From: a virus
Taxonomy: Duplodnaviria; Heunggongvirae; Uroviricota; Caudoviricetes
Reading direction: 5' to 3' (one strand)
DNA: 33,266 nucleotides
IMG/VR virus record: IMGVR_UViG_3300010355_000975
In this document: piece after piece, positions 26,848-33,266 of the stretch
Layout: each line of letters opens with the position of its first letter
Position numbering within the stretch: position 1 is the stretch's first letter
Program-made: the position numbers and the translations under genes
Notes under the pieces: generated by a model
The model's input: the letters and a program-made list of their open reading frames with translations, nothing else
What the model was told of the DNA's origin: nothing
Database searches by the model: none

Positions 26848-27191
26848 TTATATCAAAAAATAATTTATTTGTTGCATTACAGCCGATAATTCATTGGTAA
26901 AATTTCGCAAATCTGTATGATTTAAAACAAATAACATATCTTTTTCACAAACATATCCTTCATATACCTTCTTAAATTGTAATGCTAATGTACATAAAAT
27001 AATCTCGCATACTTCGTGATAAAGAATAGATAATTTTTTGTCTAAATTTAATAATTTATTTATGTGAATTATGGCTGTATCAAAATAAAACATCCAAAAT
27101 CATTATGTTTATCATAAACAATTTTCCATTCAATTCCCATAATAATTAATTTATCTGGCAAATTTTTTCTTTTAGCTAATAAATTATTCAT
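26848..27191 (-). pseudogene. frameshifted HE-motif (metalloprotease-like) phage gene
   Basis: SD GGAG + ATG at 27191 gives MNNLLAKRKNLPDKLIIMGIEWKIVYDKHNDFGC; one extra T in TGTTTTAT would join it to track ORF 26848..27093 (FYFDTAIIHI...ILYHEVCE). Confidence 0.6.
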
Positions 27192-27264
27192 TTATAATCT
27201 CCAATTATTAATGCTTGTCAACTTATACTATATTTTGGCTATAACCCTATATAACTTTATATAA

Positions 27265-27477
27265 CTAAATTTTTTCTAATTCATTACAAGAGCGAACATC
27301 TTTTATTCCACCCGGTAAACAAATTGTGTATGATTCATCATGGAAAAATTTATAATCTGATCTTATTCCTAAACCATTAACATATAATAATCCAATAACT
27401 TGAGCATTTTGTTTAGTAACTAAATCAAAGACATATTCGCCTATATCAAAAGAAAAATCAAAGGTGTATTTAGCCAT
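27265..27477 (-). CDS. hypothetical protein (70 aa, MAKYTFDFSFDIGEYV...)
   Basis: Track ORF 27265..27534; SD GGAG precedes the ATG at 27477, which overlaps the ligase stop region. Confidence 0.7.
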   Translation of the reverse strand: MAKYTFDFSFDIGEYVFDLVTKQNAQVIGLLYVNGLGIRSDYKFFHDESYTICLPGGIKDVRSCNELEKI

Positions 27478-28372
27478 TTTCTTCTCCAAAAGATTTTTTT
27501 GCCAAATATTCTTTATACCATTCAGATAAACCACGTGTTGCTGTTTTCAAAACTTCTCTCCCAAATTCATTCCACAAAAAATCCTTTATATTTTCTTTTT
27601 CTTCTTCGGTTATATCCTCATTAACTCGTTTCATTAACAACCCGATGTCTTTGGGTGAATTATCCAACACACCGTTATCCCTTAGATAAAAAATTGCTTT
27701 TAACCAACGTGCTTCAGTGCAAAATCCTTCTTTATACACTTCCCATTTTCCTTTACCAGTATTTTCTCTACTCCAATTCTTTTGATGTACTTCTTTAAAT
27801 TCTTCAGAAACATATTTAGCACACAACAAAGGAATAATTCTATTATCTAATAAAATCTCTTTATTATAATTTTTAACAACAAATCCTTCAATTTTGGCTT
27901 TTCCTAAAACACTCTCTCGTTGCAACATTTCTTTTAATTGTTCAAAATTATTTATTTTACCTTTAAAAAGAATCGGTACTGTTTCCAAATTTAATAAATC
28001 GGCATATTTATAATAATCAAAAATAAATTTACCATTTTCATAACATGCCCCAAAAAGAATTATATTATTTTTTGGGACTCTACCATAGCAAAGAACATTA
28101 TGTTTTTCTTTTTGTAAATATTCCCCATAAAACATTATTCCATTTGGTAAACTCGATTCAATAGATTTTATATAATCAATGCCTTTAGAAAATAATTTAT
28201 CTGGACAATCAACTTGTTGAATAATACCTTTACTTCGAACAATTAAGGTATTATTTATTTTACCAAACCCAATTTGCGATCCATCAATTTTTTCCGTGAT
28301 TTCAACATCTGAATCAAAAATGTTTTGTACCCATCGCTGACCAACTGTAAAAATTTTTGGAAAAGCATTCAT
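27470..28372 (-). CDS. ATP-dependent RNA ligase (Rnl2-like)
   Basis: Nucleotidyltransferase motifs: I TEKIDGSQ, III FYGEYL, IIIa LFGA, IV IEGFVVK, V AKYVSEEFKE. Confidence 0.85.
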   Translation of the reverse strand: MNAFPKIFTVGQRWVQNIFDSDVEITEKIDGSQIGFGKINNTLIVRSKGIIQQVDCPDKLFSKGIDYIKSIESSLPNGIMFYGEYLQKEKHNVLCYGRVPKNNIILFGACYENGKFIFDYYKYADLLNLETVPILFKGKINNFEQLKEMLQRESVLGKAKIEGFVVKNYNKEILLDNRIIPLLCAKYVSEEFKEVHQKNWSRENTGKGKWEVYKEGFCTEARWLKAIFYLRDNGVLDNSPKDIGLLMKRVNEDITEEEKENIKDFLWNEFGREVLKTATRGLSEWYKEYLAKKSFGEENG

Positions 28373-28376
28373 TTCT

Positions 28377-28442
28377 TCACCTCGTATAATAATAATTTTT
28401 ATCCCGGCTTCTTGAATGGCTAAGGCACAAATAATCGCATAT
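28377..28442 (-). pseudogene. 3' remnant of a deaminase-like gene
   Basis: One frame reads ICALAIQEAGIKIII and the adjacent frame gives ICD...YYTR*; together this matches the CxxCxxAIxxAGIKxIxYT end of cytidine/dCMP deaminase-like proteins. Confidence 0.55.
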
Positions 28443-28478
28443 AATATTTAAAATTATAATTATATCAAAATTTATATT

Positions 28479-29105
28479 TTATTTAAATTTTTTAATATAG
28501 TTAATCATTTTTCTCAATACAAAAATATCTTCATTCATCAATCCTAAAACAGTGTTACATCTTGTACATAATAAACTTCTAACTTTATTATTTTTATGAT
28601 CGTGATCAACGGATAACATTTTAATTTTTTGAGTTTTAAAATTTTTTCTAGTTTCTTTTTGATTACAAATAAAACACTTATTATTTTGATTTTTTAACAT
28701 TTCTTTATAAGTTTTTAAATTAATATTATATAAATGTTTTAATTCATTATTCTTTAATTTTTCTTTCGTTCGTCCACCACGCCATAAATGATGTTCCTTT
28801 CCTTTTTTAAAACGCTGACAACCACAAGATTTGAGATTTCCACTTTTTAAATTATATGATGGGCCCTTTATATAATTTCCACAATCACATTTACAAACCC
28901 ATGCTATTCTATTATTTTCTTGTTGAAAAGCGCCGATAATAGTTAAATGACCAAATCTGCATCCAATTAAATTTGTTATTGGTTTACACATTTGTCCTGT
29001 TTTATATCGATATAACATCATACATGACTTACATAAACCAGAACCATATGCGCCAGATGTTATTGAAATGGGTTTATTACAATTTTTACAATAATATTTT
29101 TTCAT
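28479..29105 (-). CDS. free-standing homing endonuclease, endonuclease VII-type HNH
   Basis: CFIC...LSVDHDHKNNKVRSLLCTRCNTVLG (EndoVII), plus LIGCRFGHLTII...WVCKCDCGN...SCGC and GKEHHLWRGG accessory motifs typical of phage homing endonucleases. Confidence 0.85.
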   Translation of the reverse strand: MKKYYCKNCNKPISITSGAYGSGLCKSCMMLYRYKTGQMCKPITNLIGCRFGHLTIIGAFQQENNRIAWVCKCDCGNYIKGPSYNLKSGNLKSCGCQRFKKGKEHHLWRGGRTKEKLKNNELKHLYNINLKTYKEMLKNQNNKCFICNQKETRKNFKTQKIKMLSVDHDHKNNKVRSLLCTRCNTVLGLMNEDIFVLRKMINYIKKFK

Positions 29106-29209
29106 ATTTTATTTTTCCGATCTACAATAATTGCACAAATATTTTGCTTTTTATTATTTATTACTGTAGATAATTCAATTGCTTTATTTAAAATTTTTTT
29201 ATTCATCAT
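29102..29209 (-). pseudogene. 5' remnant of a deaminase-like gene (35 aa)
   Basis: MMNKKILNKAIELSTVINNKKQNICAIIVDRKNKI* resembles the N-terminal helix and GAVIVD strand of deaminase-like proteins; its TGA overlaps the endonuclease ATG (ATGA). Confidence 0.55.
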
Positions 29210-29363
29210 AAATAGTCCACTCATATGTTAAAACATCATCTTTTGTTAATTGTAATGGTCTAACAAATCTCCAGGTATTACCTTCTATAATTATTTTCTT
29301 TCGTAATCTTTTTCCATTTAAATAAATTTTTAAATTATTCCAAAAATCAATCCTCGGAGTCAT
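29199..29363 (-). CDS. small hypothetical protein (54 aa)
   Basis: Track ORF 29199..29411; SD GAGGAG precedes the ATG at 29363 (MTPRIDFWN...). Confidence 0.6.
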   Translation of the reverse strand: MTPRIDFWNNLKIYLNGKRLRKKIIIEGNTWRFVRPLQLTKDDVLTYEWTIYDE

Positions 29364-29647
29364 AAAATTTTCTCCTCTCTTAACTGATAAATTAATCTTC
29401 CTCTTGCACAATCATTACATAATACATTATAAGCAGTTAAATAATTAAGTAAAACTTTTTCTCTTAATTCAATGGAGTAACAACCTAAAATATCCCTACA
29501 ATTAATTAATGTTCGATTATATTCATCTCTAAGAATTAAATTTTGTCTTTTTTCAATCAGTGTATAATATTCTCCACTTTTATCCAGATAAGTTTCGCCA
29601 ACATATTTTCCGGGCATTATTTCTTTTACATTAATATATTTGTCCAT
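29360..29647 (-). CDS. hypothetical protein
   Basis: 95-aa ORF, tightly packed, one CxxC. Confidence 0.65.
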   Translation of the reverse strand: MDKYINVKEIMPGKYVGETYLDKSGEYYTLIEKRQNLILRDEYNRTLINCRDILGCYSIELREKVLLNYLTAYNVLCNDCARGRLIYQLREEKIL

Positions 29648-29648
29648 T

Positions 29649-30200
29649 TCAGTCCATCCAATTTTGATAGTTAGATTTTAAAAGTTTCCAAAAATATTCT
29701 TTTTCATGCTCATATTGTAATTTATCTTCTTTATCTGCTCTCCTAAATGCTTTCTTATTTACAAAATCTCTTGAAATGTCTAATACCCAATTTGGTTCAT
29801 AAATTTCATAATACATTTTTCTATTAGTATCATAGTTATCTTCGTGTAATCGTTTAGCTAATTCGCAACAAATTCTTAATTTTCTCATCCTAGTATTATT
29901 TGAATTACTATTCCATTGAAGATGGCCATATTCTTCGCAATACTTAATAAATTTTTTTAACTTTAAATAAACATATAAATAATACCCAAACTCAAATTCC
30001 CACTCATAATGTTTTCTAAATTTCCAACCCCAATAAAAAAATCTACATAATGACTCATATGGCACAATAATTAAATCAGTATATAAATCATATAGATCAT
30101 TTAATAAATCCCACCATTTTTCTTGAATAGTGGATTTAGGATGCATTAAGTGTCTAATTAATTTACTACCAAATAAAAGTTTTCGAATTTTTCTAATCAT
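29649..30200 (-). CDS. hypothetical protein (aromatic-rich)
   Basis: 183-aa ORF overlapping the MTase end. Confidence 0.75.
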   Translation of the reverse strand: MIRKIRKLLFGSKLIRHLMHPKSTIQEKWWDLLNDLYDLYTDLIIVPYESLCRFFYWGWKFRKHYEWEFEFGYYLYVYLKLKKFIKYCEEYGHLQWNSNSNNTRMRKLRICCELAKRLHEDNYDTNRKMYYEIYEPNWVLDISRDFVNKKAFRRADKEDKLQYEHEKEYFWKLLKSNYQNWMD

Positions 30201-30966
30201 TTTTTATTCTTTCTTCAGCGATTTTACAATATTTTTGGTCTTGTTCAATTAAAATAAAATTTCGATTTAAATTTTTACAAGCTACTCCTGTTGTTCCACT
30301 TCCAGCACAATTGTCTAAAACTAAATCGCCTTCATTGGTGTAGGTTTTGATTAGGTATTCAAAAAGGGCTACTGGTTTTTGGGTGGGGTGAAGTTTTCCT
30401 CGTTGCTCCCTAGAAAAATAAATAAGTTGTTTGGGAAGCAGTTTATCTGGTTCGTAATTTTTACCATGATAATTTTGTGTTTCGTTCATCTTGGTTTCTT
30501 TCCAAGATTCGCCCATCACTTCTTTGACGTTTTTAGTTATTTTTGATGGGTTTCGGCTCAAGTGTCTTTTAGAAATTCCCCGAGGATTGATTTCTTTTTG
30601 TGGATTATATGTTGGTTGTTTATTTAAAAACACACTGATAATTTCTAAAATCTTCAAAGGCATTTTATTTCCAAATAAAAAATTTGCGGCTTTATCTTTT
30701 TGCCAATACCAATCATAGTTAAATTGTTCTAAATTACTTAATCTTAGTTTACTCGAAAACGGTTCATTACCGCAAAGAAGAACGGCTCCACTGTCTTTAA
30801 TAATCCTCTTATATTGTTCCCAAAGAGGTTCAAAAGGAATAATAGTATCCCACTTACAAGCTGTTGTACCATACGGCAAATCACACAGAATCATATCAAT
30901 AGACTTATCAGGAATAGACTTCATCAACTCTAAGCAATCGCCCAATCTTAAATCTATCATAGCCAC
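30193..30966 (-). CDS. orphan DNA N6-adenine/N4-cytosine methyltransferase (beta class)
   Basis: Catalytic motif DLPYG, then HPTQKPVAL, then SAM-binding LDNCAGSGTT; no restriction gene is adjacent in the window. Confidence 0.92.
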   Translation of the reverse strand: MAMIDLRLGDCLELMKSIPDKSIDMILCDLPYGTTACKWDTIIPFEPLWEQYKRIIKDSGAVLLCGNEPFSSKLRLSNLEQFNYDWYWQKDKAANFLFGNKMPLKILEIISVFLNKQPTYNPQKEINPRGISKRHLSRNPSKITKNVKEVMGESWKETKMNETQNYHGKNYEPDKLLPKQLIYFSREQRGKLHPTQKPVALFEYLIKTYTNEGDLVLDNCAGSGTTGVACKNLNRNFILIEQDQKYCKIAEERIKND

Positions 30967-30979
30967 ATCCCTATTAGTT

Positions 30980-31171
30980 TTAGCATTGGTTAGTCCTCCT
31001 TGTATCTACCAACTCCCAAATTTTATTTAATACCTTACTTTCATATCCTAATCTATCCGCCAAAAGTTTATCTTCTTTATCTTTGCAAGGTTGACAAATA
31101 CACGACCACTTATATCCTGCCGCACCAACTGAACCATTCGTAAGTTGACTACATAAGATACAATTTTTCAT
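30980..31171 (-). CDS. small Zn-finger-like hypothetical protein
   Basis: MKNCILC...CICQPC; the ATG at 31171 lies in an ATGA overlap. Confidence 0.6.
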   Translation of the reverse strand: MKNCILCSQLTNGSVGAAGYKWSCICQPCKDKEDKLLADRLGYESKVLNKIWELVDTRRTNQC

Positions 31172-31356
31172 TGTTGCACCTTCTTCCAATAAAGAAACAT
31201 ATGCTCAAATTTATCTCTGGAAAATGTTGAACACCAACTCATCCCGTCAGGATTATCCCGTCTAACTTTTTCCTTGTGTTCTTCGCAGGAGTATTTACAA
31301 TCATCCTCACACCAAGAACAATCATCTCTACCATATGCCTTACTTGCTGGATTTCT
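31168..31356 (-). pseudogene. start-less Cys-rich reading frame (3' part of a disrupted gene)
   Basis: RNPASKAYGRDDCSWCEDDCKYSCEEH...WCSTF...HMFLYWKKVQQ* ends in an ATGA overlap with the next gene but has no plausible start at its 5' end. Confidence 0.45.
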
Positions 31357-31571
31357 TCAATAACATTCATAATCTCCCGTAAAGCATAATCTATTGACCT
31401 TTGAATAGAACCTTTAGCTGACAAATCGTTAATGGTATCTTTCCACACAGAAGAACAAGCAGAAGTTATTATCATTCTTATTCTGTCCTCAATAGTGCAA
31501 AAATGATTAGTTGCACTTTCATTATGGTATCCTTCCCATTCTTTACCGCATTTTGGACATATTTTAGTCAT
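31239..31571 (-). CDS. hypothetical protein with N-terminal CPKC
   Basis: 110-aa ORF, ATGA-coupled start; the C-terminal third may be read-through into foreign sequence. Confidence 0.55.
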   Translation of the reverse strand: MTKICPKCGKEWEGYHNESATNHFCTIEDRIRMIITSACSSVWKDTINDLSAKGSIQRSIDYALREIMNVIEEIQQVRHMVEMIVLGVRMIVNTPAKNTRKKLDGIILTG

Positions 31572-31723
31572 TTCTCCCCCCTCTCGTTCTTTGCCTTAAT
31601 CTCTCTTATTTTATCTTTCAATATCTGGTAGAATTTATCATACTTAATATCCCAATACTCTTCGTCGTCCTCTATACTCCTAATCCATTGCATTAAATCA
31701 CGCCATCGGGATGAGTTGTTCAT
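31568..31723 (-). CDS. small hypothetical protein (51 aa, MNNSSRWRDLMQWIRS...)
   Basis: Not in the track; ATGA overlaps at both ends. Confidence 0.65.
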   Translation of the reverse strand: MNNSSRWRDLMQWIRSIEDDEEYWDIKYDKFYQILKDKIREIKAKNERGEK

Positions 31724-31956
31724 CTTTTAGTAATCCTATATTTTGACAGTATGAGTTGCACAAGTTCTTTTATTCGCAATTCTCCCATAATATATCCAAC
31801 CGAGGTGTTTTGTGTGTGCTCTTTTATTGTATTAAGTAATTCATCAAATGAAACCTCTGACTCGTAAAAATCATCTTCGGTGAATGATTGCGGATTAACT
31901 GTATGCCCATTACTATATTTTACTAATCCGTCCTGCTTTCCTTGTTCTGGTATCAT
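31720..31956 (-). CDS. hypothetical protein (78 aa, MIPEQGKQDG...)
   Basis: Track ORF 31720..32001; SD AAGGAG precedes the ATG at 31956. Confidence 0.6.
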   Translation of the reverse strand: MIPEQGKQDGLVKYSNGHTVNPQSFTEDDFYESEVSFDELLNTIKEHTQNTSVGYIMGELRIKELVQLILSKYRITKR

Positions 31957-32032
31957 TTGAACACCACTCCTTTCGCCTGTAACATTACATCCCACGCCCA
32001 ATTACAAACCACAAAACCTATCATCACTCCGA

Positions 32033-32122
32033 TTAGCATACCCAATCCAATACAACAAGAGTTTTTAGCGTGTTGATTGATACGCCGATATATTTACTTG
32101 CTTCTGTTACTTTTAGAATCAT
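32033..32122 (-). mobile_element. truncated IS607 TnpA-like / Xis-like HTH remnant
   Basis: MILKVTEASKYIGVSINTLKTL, then unrelated VVLDWVC*; the first 22 aa are a MerR/Xis-type HTH start like the IS607 resolvase N-terminus. Confidence 0.55.
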
Positions 32123-32264
32123 TGAATAATCCCAACTTATGAATCCTGCACCAGAGTTTATGCCATGCTTTGTTGTAGCGTTCTTTGCTTGCTGTAAATC
32201 CAATTTCTACTGAAAAATCTGTGATGTAATAATTTAAACTTTTTTCTTTTTGTGATTTAGCCAC
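32094..32264 (-). CDS. small hypothetical protein (56 aa, GTG start)
   Basis: Not in the track; GGGAG precedes GTG; MAKSQKEKSLNYYITDFSVEIGF... Confidence 0.5.
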   Translation of the reverse strand: MAKSQKEKSLNYYITDFSVEIGFTASKERYNKAWHKLWCRIHKLGLFNDSKSNRSK

Positions 32265-32451
32265 AGCATTTTCTCCCTTCTTTAAGAATTTTATCAGCTT
32301 CTTTAGCTGACTGGTCTATTGTTCTGGACACTTCATCGTTATTCCTTTCCAAAAGTTTCATAAGAACGCCAAACGCTTTAAATATTTCATCTTTAAGCGG
32401 GTCGTCGTCGTTAACGCTAAACTTTAACTGGATTGTCGTTGGCTTCTTCAT
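32257..32451 (-). CDS. small hypothetical protein (MKKPTTIQ...)
   Basis: Track ORF 32257..32469; ATGA-coupled start at 32451. Confidence 0.6.
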   Translation of the reverse strand: MKKPTTIQLKFSVNDDDPLKDEIFKAFGVLMKLLERNNDEVSRTIDQSAKEADKILKEGRKCCG

Positions 32452-32894
32452 TCTTCCACCAAAGCACAAGCGATATGTTCAGAAAGAAGTTCAAGTTCTT
32501 TTGTGCCAGATTTCCTATCATTTTCATCAGAAGGAGTTAAAACATCAATTAAATCAGCCCCACCCTCATCTGTTTGTATGTATTGACAGCGATAGCTGAG
32601 TAATGCGTCTTTTATTTTTTCATCCACTAAATTTTCTCTTTCATACGTTAATTCAAAAATATCTGGTTTACATGGATAAAATTCGCCCTTTATGCCTTTG
32701 ATAATCCAATCGCCAATTTCTGCTTTCATCTCACCTTCAAGAGTGGTTATTGTAAGAAAGTGAACTTTAGAACCCTGTTGCATACAAGCACCGTATTTCA
32801 TACCCATAGATTCTAATTCTTGCATGGTAGATACTTTTCCATCCCAAAAAATTGCCTCAACAACTACTGGTTTCTTCCGGACTGTTAATATCAT
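32448..32894 (-). CDS. conserved phage protein (KKPVVVEA...GDWIIKG...YPCKPDIF, PGDYG-like) with C-terminal extension
   Basis: RKKPVVVEA, TTLEGEMKAEIGDWIIKGIKGEFYPCKPDIFELTYE signature; ATGA-coupled start at 32894. Confidence 0.75.
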   Translation of the reverse strand: MILTVRKKPVVVEAIFWDGKVSTMQELESMGMKYGACMQQGSKVHFLTITTLEGEMKAEIGDWIIKGIKGEFYPCKPDIFELTYERENLVDEKIKDALLSYRCQYIQTDEGGADLIDVLTPSDENDRKSGTKELELLSEHIACALVEE

Positions 32895-33058
32895 TTTATC
32901 AACCCGCACCTTTCTATTGGTATTTTGCTTTCACCCTGCTCAATTACCCACAAGGCACATTCTTTTTGTTGGCATTTTATTCTTATTAAATCTTCTTCTG
33001 GTTTACGATACTCCGATGTAAGTAACACCGCTTTACTCATTATTGGACATATTTTCAT
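32891..33058 (-). CDS. small Cys-patterned protein (55 aa)
   Basis: Not in the track; MKICPIMS...CQQKECALW...RCGLIK*, ATGA overlaps at both ends. Confidence 0.7.
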   Translation of the reverse strand: MKICPIMSKAVLLTSEYRKPEEDLIRIKCQQKECALWVIEQGESKIPIERCGLIK

Positions 33059-33225
33059 ATCTTCTCCTTCCTCATCTTCTGGATTTCGTCGAGTAAAAAC
33101 TTCTCGTTCTCATCCATCAATTCCTGCAACTCTGTGATGGTCATTTCCTCATCCAAAGGCTCGAAAAAGTAGACTCTTTCGCCTTCGGTTTCAAAATAGG
33201 ACTTCGTAACTTTAGTGATTTTCAT
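33055..33225 (-). CDS. small acidic hypothetical protein (56 aa)
   Basis: Not in the track; SD GAGG + MKITKVTKSYFETEGERVYFFEPLDEE... Confidence 0.7.
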   Translation of the reverse strand: MKITKVTKSYFETEGERVYFFEPLDEEMTITELQELMDENEKFLLDEIQKMRKEKI

Positions 33226-33266
33226 GGCGTTTTTACCTCAAAATACCCATTGTTTTTAATCGTTTC

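Noticed and set aside
26780-27225. Additional minus-strand promoters at TTGACA 26812 and 27221
   Set aside because: No -10 hexamer at 16-18 nt spacing; the second would place its -10 on the start codon.
28440-29110. Group I intron around the homing endonuclease
   Set aside because: No flanking sequence on the 5' side and only ~40 AT-rich nt on the 3' side, and the central exon sequence is missing, so splicing could not restore the gene.
1800-33137. Plus-strand ORFs in the track (e.g. 8373..9080, 4345..4725, 13473..13856, 15560..15931, 26587..26844) and nested minus ORFs 2942..3205 and 7294..7548
   Set aside because: They lie antisense or out of frame within longer, motif-bearing genes (26587..26844 instead overlaps the promoter region), lack SD signals and have non-protein-like composition.
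1-33266. Stop-codon reassignment
   Set aside because: Long genes are intact in the standard code and coding density is high; the few breaks are frameshifts or deletions, not in-frame TAG/TGA.

Overview
A 33-kb segment of an AT-rich (about 30% GC by eye) tailed dsDNA phage of siphovirus type. Essentially all real genes are on the minus strand; the plus-strand ORFs in the track are antisense shadows. Read in transcription order (right to left), the window holds: (1) a dense cluster of small, often ATGA-overlapped accessory genes with several decayed remnants, including a truncated IS607-TnpA/Xis-like HTH, a deaminase-like gene split by an endonuclease VII-type homing endonuclease, and a frameshifted gene; (2) an orphan DNA methyltransferase and an Rnl2-type RNA ligase; (3) a ~610-nt intergenic region with a consensus sigma70 promoter, a ~255-nt highly base-paired segment and an intrinsic terminator just before the packaging genes; (4) a morphogenesis operon: probable TerS, TerL, portal, protease/scaffold, major capsid, adaptor, a ~4.3-kb neck-fibre cassette, head closure, HK97-gp10-like neck, tail terminator, holin-like, tail tube, chaperones, tape measure, Dit-like and tail-tip proteins. 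No sheath, integrase, endolysin, tRNA or CRISPR array is seen. The most notable items are the candidate structured RNA/attenuator leading the late operon, a duplicate of the head-tail adaptor fused to a LamG lectin plus a 15 x 14-aa stalk, a similar adhesin-first fusion to the probable tail hub, and a ChaB domain on the portal C-terminus. All family assignments come from motif recognition by eye; no database search was run.
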